Shown: positions 17,595 to 24,858 of the stretch, in pieces
Layout of the letters: every line of letters starts with the position of its first letter
How positions within the stretch are numbered: the first letter of the stretch is position 1
From: Ignicoccus pacificus DSM 13166
GTDB lineage: Archaea > Thermoproteota > Thermoprotei_A > Sulfolobales > Ignicoccaceae
Length of the DNA stretch: 32,000 nucleotides
Direction: 5' to 3'
Assembly: GCA_025340205.1 (NCBI GenBank)
Contig: CP006868.1
Coordinates: forward strand, 1,170,001-1,202,000
The notes under the pieces: generated by a model
What the model was told of the DNA's origin: nothing
The model's database searches: none
What the model saw: the letters and a program-made list of their open reading frames with translations, nothing else
Made by a program: the position numbers and the translations under genes

Positions 17595-18773
17595 TTATAT
17601 CGCCTTGAGGGCCCTATCTAGGTCCTCTATCAAGTCTTGAACGCTTTCGAGACCGACGCTCAATCTGAGCAAGTTGTCCTTGATTCCCAGCTCCCTCCTC
17701 ACGTCGTCGGGAACGGTATGGTGCGTCATCGTGGCCGGGTGAGTAATGATGCTTTCTACGCCTCCCAAGGAGGCGGTTCTCTGAATTACCCTTACCTTCT
17801 TCATTACAGCTATTGCATCCATACCGTTGCCCTTGACCTCAAAGCTGACCACTCCCCCACATCCCTTCAGCAACCTCTTCGCTATAGGATAGCTTGGGTG
17901 ATCCGGCAAGCAAGGATAGTGAACCTTCTCAACCTTTGGATGCTCGCTCAAGAACTTAGCTATCTCCAGTGCAGTTTTGTTCTGTCTCTCCACTCTTACG
18001 TGCAGAGTTTTCATTCCTCTTATAATGAAGTAAACTTGCTGAGGATCAGGAATGCCTCCTAATAGCCTTCGGGTGTTCCTAACCGCTATGGTGTAGTTGG
18101 TGTCGTTAGAGGCCATAACTCCGCCCAAGACGTCGTTGTGACCCGCTAGGTACTTGCTAGCGCTGTGGACCACCGCGTAGGCCCCCTTCTCTAGGGGAAG
18201 GAAGTTGATTGGGGTGGCGAAGGTGTTATCCACTATGAGCTTCGCTCCTACCTCCTCCGCCACCTTGGCTATCTCATCTATTGGGGGAACTATGAGCAAG
18301 GGATTGCTTATGGTTTCTACGAAAACAACCTTCGTATTCTTATCTATTCTCTCTAGCACCTTTTCTCCGATTGCCTTTTCATCCACCTTGATTCCAAATC
18401 CTCCCAGAAGCTTGGTCATCATCTCGTAAGAGGTCCCGTAAATGTCTCTAGTCGTTACCAGCTTGTCCCCAGGCCTGAGCATTGATATGAGCATGCTGCT
18501 TATGGCAGCCATCCCGCTCGAGAAAGCTACTGCGTCCTTACCCTTCTCCACATAAGCTACCTTCTTCTCAAGGGCCTCTATGGTAGGACTCGAGTTCCTG
18601 GAGTACTTGTAACCGTAAATGTTGCCTTCCGGGTAGCGATAGATAACGGAGACGAAGATCGGCGTTACGATGGATCCCACTTGATCGTCCCTATACTCTC
18701 CACCATGAATGAGCTTCGTCTCCTCCTCCCACTCCTCCTCGGGTTCCACGAATCCCACGGGTATCACCTCCAT
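17595..18773 (-). CDS. PLP-dependent trans-sulfuration enzyme (cystathionine gamma-synthase/lyase family)
   Basis: TKLIHGGEY, YKYSRNSSPTIEALEKKVAYVEKGKDAVAFSSGMAAIS, VVHSASKYLAGHNDVLGGV (PLP lysine), RTASLGGVESIITHPATMTH. Confidence 0.95.
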   Translation of the reverse strand: MEVIPVGFVEPEEEWEEETKLIHGGEYRDDQVGSIVTPIFVSVIYRYPEGNIYGYKYSRNSSPTIEALEKKVAYVEKGKDAVAFSSGMAAISSMLISMLRPGDKLVTTRDIYGTSYEMMTKLLGGFGIKVDEKAIGEKVLERIDKNTKVVFVETISNPLLIVPPIDEIAKVAEEVGAKLIVDNTFATPINFLPLEKGAYAVVHSASKYLAGHNDVLGGVMASNDTNYTIAVRNTRRLLGGIPDPQQVYFIIRGMKTLHVRVERQNKTALEIAKFLSEHPKVEKVHYPCLPDHPSYPIAKRLLKGCGGVVSFEVKGNGMDAIAVMKKVRVIQRTASLGGVESIITHPATMTHHTVPDDVRRELGIKDNLLRLSVGLESVQDLIEDLDRALKAI

Positions 18774-18917
18774 CCATGAGCTTTTCCCTTGGTTCTGGCT
18801 ACGCTGGGAGCAAAATAACTCTGAGACGTCGACTCTAGTAGTTAGAGTGCAACTTCGTGCAGTACGTGGTCATAGATTATAGGTTAAGGAAAGAGGGAGA
18901 GTTGGGGGAAACTAAAG

Positions 18918-19109
18918 GTGGTCAAGGCGGAGCAACTGTTCGCTATTGTGACAGCCTTGAGCGCAGGCATCTCAACCTTAGTAGGTCTACTAATGGTAAA
19001 CGAGTACAACTCCACTGGAGGTCTGATCATCTGGAGTCCAGCGCTGTCGCTGATTTTGCTCATCATAGCCTTACCGTTACTCTATTTTATCAGTGTCAAG
19101 ACAAGCTAG
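18918..19109 (+). CDS. Small two-TM membrane protein (hypothetical)
   Basis: 63-aa hydrophobic ORF; the paired downstream ORF has a similar layout. Confidence 0.45.
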   Translation: MVKAEQLFAIVTALSAGISTLVGLLMVNEYNSTGGLIIWSPALSLILLIIALPLLYFISVKTS

Positions 19110-19123
19110 CTGGGTAAGAAGCG

Positions 19124-19321
19124 ATGAACTGCGCGTCCGTCTACGCGTCCTTAAGCCTTGTAATATCGATACTGACGAGCACCACTGTTTTCTACTTAGC
19201 TATACTGTTCGGCGTGAACACGTTGATACAAGGGGTCCTCTTCGCTTCCTTCGTTTCAGCGCTTGCAGCGATAGTGTTGTTTAGTTTGTTATCATCTGTA
19301 GTGAACTTTTTGTGTAAGTAA
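19124..19321 (+). CDS. Small two-TM membrane protein (hypothetical)
   Basis: 65-aa ORF with two hydrophobic helices, 14 nt after the previous ORF. Confidence 0.45.
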   Translation: MNCASVYASLSLVISILTSTTVFYLAILFGVNTLIQGVLFASFVSALAAIVLFSLLSSVVNFLCK

Positions 19322-19365
19322 GTAGGAACAAGAAAGGTATCGAAAAACAAAACAATAAAAATACT

Positions 19366-21327
19366 TTACTTCTTCTTTCTTCCTAACTTCTTCCTTATCG
19401 CCACTACTACTGGTGCCAGAAGCGCTGGAGCTGGTAGCTTCACGTTAAACGGCTTGAAGGTGCTGGTGTTTATAGTTACCATGGAGCCAGGGGTGGTAGT
19501 AGTGGTCTGGGTGGATGCAGTGGAGCTACCTCCAGTTGCCGGTAGCTGGTTCAGATTAGGCGGTAGGTAGCCGATGTCAAATGGGAACTCACTGGAACTC
19601 ATGCCGGTGTCAGGCTGTATTGCTGCCTTCCAGACAGCGGCGAAGGAGACCTCGTAATAGCTTCCGAAGTCATTGTCGACGCCGTATCCCCAAGTGGATC
19701 CCTTGTAGGTAGTCATGGCGTCTAGGTGAGAGTACACTTGGCTCGGCGTAGAAGCGGTTGGATCTATGCCTAGCAGCACTAGCGAGGCGGCGAAGTATGC
19801 GGAGGCAAGGGAGGTACCCTTGCTTCCGGGCACGCTGACGGTGAGTATGTACTTGGTGGAGTCATAGCTCGTGCTGACGTCGGGAATCGCCACTTGTCCG
19901 TAGGTTCCGCTAGGTGAGAGTATGCTTCCGCCGGAGTAGAGGGTCGGGAGGCCAGTGAACTGTAGCTCTAAGGTGTAGGAGTTTCCATTAGCATCAGTGC
20001 CGTAGTTGGCTACGCTGTAGTAGTTGTTGGTACTGTCCATCTCTCCTGACATGGTGAACCATAAGTTGTTGGGGTTCTCATCGTAGTTGAAGTCGGTAAC
20101 GTTTGTTATCTTCACTGTGTTGTAAGTTGAGTCTATCTCTACCTTGAATCCGCTTACTGGATATACGGGAACGGTTGGGCTGGTTAGCACGTCGTTGCAC
20201 TGAGCGGGCCATAGGTAGATACCGTTGTTATTGTTGAGGCTGGTCACGTCCTCTCCATCGTTTCCTAGGGGAGCTACAGCAGCGACAGCGTTTATGCTGC
20301 TTAAGGTAGTCTCTAAGGTATTGCAGTAGTTTTGCACGTTGGTCTCGGTGTCGCTTATTAGGGGCTCTATTAGGACCACGGCCTTTGAATCGCCGAGGAA
20401 GTTGTTGATAGCTGTTTGGGCATCGCTTAGGGCTTGGTTGACGGCTAAGGCACCCAGCTGGGAGCCTAGGTACTTGAAGTCATAGTCTAAGTAGAAGGTG
20501 CTCACGCTGCCGGAGGTCTTGGCAGAAGCGATTAGGGACTGGGGAGTTATTCCGCTGGTTATCTGCGGCGTGTAGTCGGGGAGTATTATAGCTACGGTCT
20601 CCATGTCTACAACGAAGACGTCGGATCCTAAAGCGGCGCCAGTGTAAGTCTTCAGGTGTACCTTGTCGTTTAAGTCAGTTATGGTGTCGCTATAATAGTC
20701 AAAATATCCGCAGAGGGCTCCGGCCACCATAGTTCCGTGGCCCACCAGATCGGTCTTCCAGCTAGTGGGCTGGAGTATTATTACGGTGTCCGCCTTGGAA
20801 GTGTTTCCTTCATTTCCTACATTGAAGCCAGCATTGGAGAGTACGTTGGTATTAGTTATACAGTACTCGTAGGTCTCGTCGGCGCTAGGTAAGGTGTAAG
20901 TATTGCCTCCGTCTACGAGGGTGTAAGTACTCTGTACATTAGCTATATCCGATAGCCTCACGGTTCCGGTAGAGAGACAGAGATTGTTGTTCTTTAAGTA
21001 GTTGATTAGGCTAGTATTGGCCACTCCTGCCATGTTGCAGAGGAAGTTGCCATCGTTGTTATTGTATACCACTCCCGTGTCTACCAGCACTATCTTAGTA
21101 TTCGTCTTAGTGCTGGGGGTAAACACCTTGCCGGCATATTCGTCGGTCTTCAAGTTGCTAGAGGTTAGGTTGAGGGCATAGTAAGTGCTGTCCCAAGTCA
21201 TGTACTTAGACAGCGAATGAAGGGCTATGGAGACCGCCGGACTTTCAATGTAGATGTCGACAGTTGCCCTCACTATGGGCAATAGTATCAGTAAGGAGAG
21301 GATGAGCAAAGGGGCGAATCTCTTCAA
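19366..21327 (-). CDS. Secreted subtilisin-like (S8) serine protease with Thr-rich stalk and C-terminal hydrophobic/basic tail
   Basis: Signal peptide near the N-terminus. Catalytic motifs IVLVDTGVVY (Asp), VGHGTMVAGALCG (His), GTSLASAYFAASLVLLG (Ser). C-terminal STASTQTTTTTPG then LLAPVVVAIRKKLGRKKK. Confidence 0.88.
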   Translation of the reverse strand: MKRFAPLLILSLLILLPIVRATVDIYIESPAVSIALHSLSKYMTWDSTYYALNLTSSNLKTDEYAGKVFTPSTKTNTKIVLVDTGVVYNNNDGNFLCNMAGVANTSLINYLKNNNLCLSTGTVRLSDIANVQSTYTLVDGGNTYTLPSADETYEYCITNTNVLSNAGFNVGNEGNTSKADTVIILQPTSWKTDLVGHGTMVAGALCGYFDYYSDTITDLNDKVHLKTYTGAALGSDVFVVDMETVAIILPDYTPQITSGITPQSLIASAKTSGSVSTFYLDYDFKYLGSQLGALAVNQALSDAQTAINNFLGDSKAVVLIEPLISDTETNVQNYCNTLETTLSSINAVAAVAPLGNDGEDVTSLNNNNGIYLWPAQCNDVLTSPTVPVYPVSGFKVEIDSTYNTVKITNVTDFNYDENPNNLWFTMSGEMDSTNNYYSVANYGTDANGNSYTLELQFTGLPTLYSGGSILSPSGTYGQVAIPDVSTSYDSTKYILTVSVPGSKGTSLASAYFAASLVLLGIDPTASTPSQVYSHLDAMTTYKGSTWGYGVDNDFGSYYEVSFAAVWKAAIQPDTGMSSSEFPFDIGYLPPNLNQLPATGGSSTASTQTTTTTPGSMVTINTSTFKPFNVKLPAPALLAPVVVAIRKKLGRKKK

Positions 21328-21506
21328 GGCACTCTCCCATCGATCTCGACTAGGAAACTACAGATAAACTTTACCCACAGTGAGTATACCGAAACTTTCG
21401 GATGTGAATGGTAAAACTCTCACGGACCACCTCAGAACAACGCGGAGTACGAACCACTCACTCTCTTTATTTATCCTCATCGAGGTGGGAGCCCTTCGGG
21501 ATATTC

Positions 21507-21836
21507 ATGGCCGTCGATCTGGACGAGACGCGGTTCTACGTGTACGAGGATGGGGTCGAGGACGAGCCGGGCGCCCTCTTCGTTAACATTGAGCCCGAGG
21601 AACCCACCGAGGAAGACTTCATGAATGCTTGCACCGTAGCGAAGTACTATGCCAGAAACATAGAGAAGGCCTTAGTCTATGTTAAGAAGATGAACGTAGA
21701 GATATGCGAGGGAAAGAGGGCGAGGAGGCTTGTCGGCTTGACGGAGGACGGAGGAGGCTACGTGGTTATCTGCGAGGAGCTGAACCCCTATACTTATGTA
21801 TGCAAGCTCGTATACTATGAAGCGCACGAACTCTGA
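21507..21836 (+). CDS. Hypothetical acidic small protein
   Basis: MAVDLDETRFYVYEDGVEDEPGALFVNIEPEEPTEEDFMNACTVAKYYARN...; start chosen at ATG 21507, downstream of the listed 21408. Confidence 0.6.
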   Translation: MAVDLDETRFYVYEDGVEDEPGALFVNIEPEEPTEEDFMNACTVAKYYARNIEKALVYVKKMNVEICEGKRARRLVGLTEDGGGYVVICEELNPYTYVCKLVYYEAHEL

Positions 21837-21874
21837 GGGATACACTCATTAACGAATGTTAGAGGCCTTTCCAT

Positions 21875-21962
21875 GCCGGGGTGCCCGAGCGGCCCAAGGG
21901 GGTGGGCTTGAGACCCACTGGGGCTCTGCCCCGCGCGGGTTCGAATCCCGCCCCCGGCGCCA
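21875..21962 (+). tRNA. tRNA-Ser(UGA) with encoded CCA
   Basis: GCCGGGG/CCCCGGC acceptor stem, GTGGG-CTTGAGA-CCCAC anticodon arm giving TGA, long variable arm (GGGGC-TCTG-CCCC), T arm GCGGG-TTCGAAT-CCCGC, discriminator G then CCA. Confidence 0.95.
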
Positions 21963-22154
21963 ATCTTCCCTTCTGAACATTGATACTGTAAAATCATAGC
22001 TGACAAGGAAAGCACCTTCTTTCCAGATAATTCAATTCACTAATTGCTGTCTCTGTTAATGTATCTCCTTGGCCTAATCGATCCCTCTCATCCCGTTAAT
22101 AGAATTGTTTTTATTAATGAGAAACGGGAATGCTCGCGGGGAGGTAAGGGATAC

Positions 22155-23063
22155 TTGCCGCTGATAGTGCAGCTGTCTCCGTGTGGAGGGGCCGGGCGTA
22201 CGGTGATAGCTTACGAGACGCTAGTCCATTTGCTCAAGACAATGCCGGGCGAGGAGGGCATAGTGATAGACATCTCCACTGACGTCGACGCTGTCATGCC
22301 CGTGAAGGGTTGCCTAGCGGGTTACCTTTACGGAAAGATGCATCCCGCCGACGCTATGGCAAGGATGCCCGGCTTTACGACCGCCTACTACGCCCGACTC
22401 TTCAGTCCTTCATGCTCAAGGTTCTTCGGTAGTAGGGAATGGTCAAAGCTGCTAAGGGACGTAGAGGAGCTGGTAGGCCTCCTGACTATGGAGGTTGCTA
22501 GCTATCTGGAGCGGGGGGCGCACGTAATAATCACCGCACGCTTCGATCTGTTCACTGAGAATTTCCTTATACCGTTCCTCTCATCCCCAATAATAAAGAA
22601 ATACGCGAAGGTAGTCTTTGTAGGTAAAGAAAGCAAGAGGTGTATAGCAGAGCTGTTGCACCTAGTGGAGAAGATAAAGTACAACAATGCAGTAGTGTTC
22701 CTTAACAAGATACCGGCCGCCGAGATAATGAACGTAAGGGAGGAAATACTGAGGTGGGCCACGCTGAGGAAGCTGCACTTGGCTGTACTGCTACCCCTCA
22801 CGAAGCAGCTATACTATAGAGACTTCACAGAGTACACCAGCGTTATCATGAGGGCTCAGACGAATCCTCACGCGAGGACCATATCGGAGATCTTCAGAAG
22901 GATGCTGGCAGTAATGTACGGACAAGAAAAGGGAGGAAAGCTGATGGCGCTGATAGGAGGACTGCTGAGCGCCACGGAGTTGCCAGGAACCTACGTCACT
23001 GAGGAGAGCCAAGCTTCAGCTTCTCAAGTAGCTCCCTCCGCTCCCTTTCTAGAACATCCCTAA
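22155..23063 (+). CDS. ParA/MinD-like P-loop ATPase with atypical Walker A; start TTG 22155 preferred over 22044
   Basis: GGGGAGGTAAGG ribosome-binding site before TTG. MPLIVQLSPCGGAGRTVIAYETLVHLL...EGIVIDISTDVDA mirrors the MxxIxxxxxKGGxGKTxxxxxLxxxL...vlliDxD layout. Family call is inference. Confidence 0.6.
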   Translation: MPLIVQLSPCGGAGRTVIAYETLVHLLKTMPGEEGIVIDISTDVDAVMPVKGCLAGYLYGKMHPADAMARMPGFTTAYYARLFSPSCSRFFGSREWSKLLRDVEELVGLLTMEVASYLERGAHVIITARFDLFTENFLIPFLSSPIIKKYAKVVFVGKESKRCIAELLHLVEKIKYNNAVVFLNKIPAAEIMNVREEILRWATLRKLHLAVLLPLTKQLYYRDFTEYTSVIMRAQTNPHARTISEIFRRMLAVMYGQEKGGKLMALIGGLLSATELPGTYVTEESQASASQVAPSAPFLEHP

Positions 23064-23292
23064 CTTTCTCTAACTTCTCTATCTCCTTCTGAATCAGCTC
23101 CTCAGCGCTAGCAACGTCGACCTCAATTACTACCCTCTTGCCAAACACCTTGTAGAGGGCCTTCGGATGGAGCTCCTTCGTCCACTTCAATGCTTCCTTG
23201 AGCTCTGCTATCTCCCTCTCGACCTCAGCCAAGGATAGCTCTATCTGCTGAAGTTTTCTTTGAAGGGAATAATACTCGAGGAGGGAGGACAT
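22996..23292 (-). CDS. pfdB: Prefoldin beta subunit-like
   Basis: Two coiled-coil helices flanking a short beta segment (LQRKLQQIELSLAEVEREI...PKALYKVFGKRVVIEVDVASAEELIQKEIEKLEKV). Confidence 0.78.
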   Translation of the reverse strand: MSSLLEYYSLQRKLQQIELSLAEVEREIAELKEALKWTKELHPKALYKVFGKRVVIEVDVASAEELIQKEIEKLEKVRDVLERERRELLEKLKLGSPQ

Positions 23293-23303
23293 GGAAAAAT
23301 CCC

Positions 23304-23738
23304 TTAAGCCTTCTTCTGGAGCTCGGGGAGGATCTCGTTTATCTTCCTGTTGATCTCCTCAAGCTTCCTGAGGAGGGTTAGCCTGACTTGCTCGAGGGCG
23401 GCTATCCTGCTCTCAATAGCCTTCTTGGCCTCCTCGGTGGGGACCTCCAGGCTCAGCCTTCCTCCCACGGAGGTGATAACTGTACTAGTGTCCTCTATCT
23501 TAGCCTTGATCAAGTTGCCAGCTCCTATAGGGACGAGAACGGTCTTGCCGGCGCCCTCCTTAGCTATGAAGTCGAGCACCTCTAGGGCTGCGTAGAGGTC
23601 GTCGATTACGGCGTTGACCGCATCTATCTGGCTCCTCAAGTACTCAGCTTGGGCTAGCAAGCTCCTTACCTCTTCTTGAATGTTGATCTTGGGAGTCTCG
23701 GCCTTCTCGGGGGCCTTCTGCTCGGCCACGGATCTCAC
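23304..23738 (-). CDS. pfdA: Prefoldin alpha subunit
   Basis: [27 protein letters not shown]...[41 protein letters not shown]. Confidence 0.93.
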   Translation of the reverse strand: MRSVAEQKAPEKAETPKINIQEEVRSLLAQAEYLRSQIDAVNAVIDDLYAALEVLDFIAKEGAGKTVLVPIGAGNLIKAKIEDTSTVITSVGGRLSLEVPTEEAKKAIESRIAALEQVRLTLLRKLEEINRKINEILPELQKKA

Positions 23739-23804
23739 CGTAAGTAGCTTACCATGAACACTTAAAAGTATAGGTCATCAACGCTTATATAAAAATCTTT
23801 CTGT

Positions 23805-24539
23805 CTACTCACTTACGAGAACATCCGTCATCATCCCAAGCGGAGGGAACTCCACGACCCCGAGCTCCTCATCGGCGACGTAGGGAACAGCTTCCTCTAA
23901 CTTGGCATACTTCTTTATTATTGGGGATAAGTACGACTCTTTAATCAAGCTCACGTTAGTGCCCGTCTGGTAAAGGCCTACCGCCGGTAGCACTACTAAG
24001 TAACCCCTTTCGTGGGGGACCTTTAGGAAGCACGGGAACTTGGCCGTAGCTCCTATAGGATCCCTCAAGGCCAAGCTTGGATGTTCGTGGCCCATTACCG
24101 TTATCTCCCCCGGCTCCACGTCTTCATGGCCGTGAACCACCTTGATCTCTCCTATGTCAAGCTCGTTGACCACGTCGAACCCCCTCTCTTGGAGCAAGTG
24201 TCTGACGAAGTTGTCGTGATTCCCCCTGACCAGTATGAGCTCGGCCCCCATCTCCTCGGCCGCGTCCAAGAACCTCAAAACGTCCCTCTGTTCCATTCTT
24301 CCTAACTTAGAGAAGAGGTGTTTGAGGTCGCCGGCTATAATTACTTTATTGCTTATCTTCAGAGAAAGCTTCAGCACCTCCAGCGCCTTCTTCAGCTGAG
24401 CTGGAGGCAAGTAGACTCCCTTTCTGCTCATCTCCTCCTCAAAGCCCAGGTGTAAGTCTGCTATTATCACGTGACCCTTGTAGACCAAGCCCCCGAAGGG
24501 AGTCGCCAACAAACCCGGCAGTATCTCCAGAGCCTCCAT
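23805..24539 (-). CDS. Archaeal metallophosphoesterase (COG1407-like)
   Basis: VIIADLHLGFEEE, VIIAGDLKHLFSKLG, LVRGNHDNFV, VVHGHEDVE, VMGHEHPS. Confidence 0.9.
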   Translation of the reverse strand: MEALEILPGLLATPFGGLVYKGHVIIADLHLGFEEEMSRKGVYLPPAQLKKALEVLKLSLKISNKVIIAGDLKHLFSKLGRMEQRDVLRFLDAAEEMGAELILVRGNHDNFVRHLLQERGFDVVNELDIGEIKVVHGHEDVEPGEITVMGHEHPSLALRDPIGATAKFPCFLKVPHERGYLVVLPAVGLYQTGTNVSLIKESYLSPIIKKYAKLEEAVPYVADEELGVVEFPPLGMMTDVLVSE

Positions 24540-24605
24540 GGTTTAGTTCCGGGGAGGAGAGAGGAAAGGAGTATTTCTGTTTGGGAAGGGGAAAGGCGAA
24601 GGAGG

Positions 24606-24764
24606 TTAGGTGGGTAAGGTTAGGCACTGTTCGGTGCACTTTTGCTCGCAGTAGCGGGTGTTCTTGAGGTCCTCCGGGCAGTTGTTCATGCACTCGCACC
24701 AGCACCTCTCCTTAGGATCCATAACCTCCCACTTAGAGGGGTCGCACTCTACCAAGGCTTTCAC
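24606..24764 (-). CDS. Cys-rich microprotein, 52 aa, not in the ORF track
   Basis: GTG 24764 to TAA 24606: MKALVECDPSKWEVMDPKERCWCECMNNCPEDLKNTRYCEQKCTEQCLTLPT. CTTATCTTA (minus strand, about 24784-24793) sits about 25 nt upstream, consistent with a leaderless gene. Confidence 0.5.
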   Translation of the reverse strand: MKALVECDPSKWEVMDPKERCWCECMNNCPEDLKNTRYCEQKCTEQCLTLPT

Positions 24765-24858
24765 CGCGTTCTATGCCGAATCTCCTAAGATAAGTTGGGG
24801 CCTTGCATAGCCCAAACCTCAACTATCCCTTGTCCCCCCATCTACCCGGGGATCGAAT

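Noticed and set aside
20000-21327. Subtilase region as an S-layer protein
   Set aside because: Catalytic Asp, His and Ser motifs are present, so protease is the better call despite Thr/Asn-rich secreted character.
21875-23063. tRNA-Ser as an integration site for a mobile element
   Set aside because: No integrase and no second copy of the tRNA 3' end were found in the window; only gene adjacency supports it.
24439-24705. Minus-strand ORF of 88 aa
   Set aside because: Wrong frame across the Cys-rich microprotein, then over the start of the phosphoesterase gene; the alternative frame has the better coding signature.
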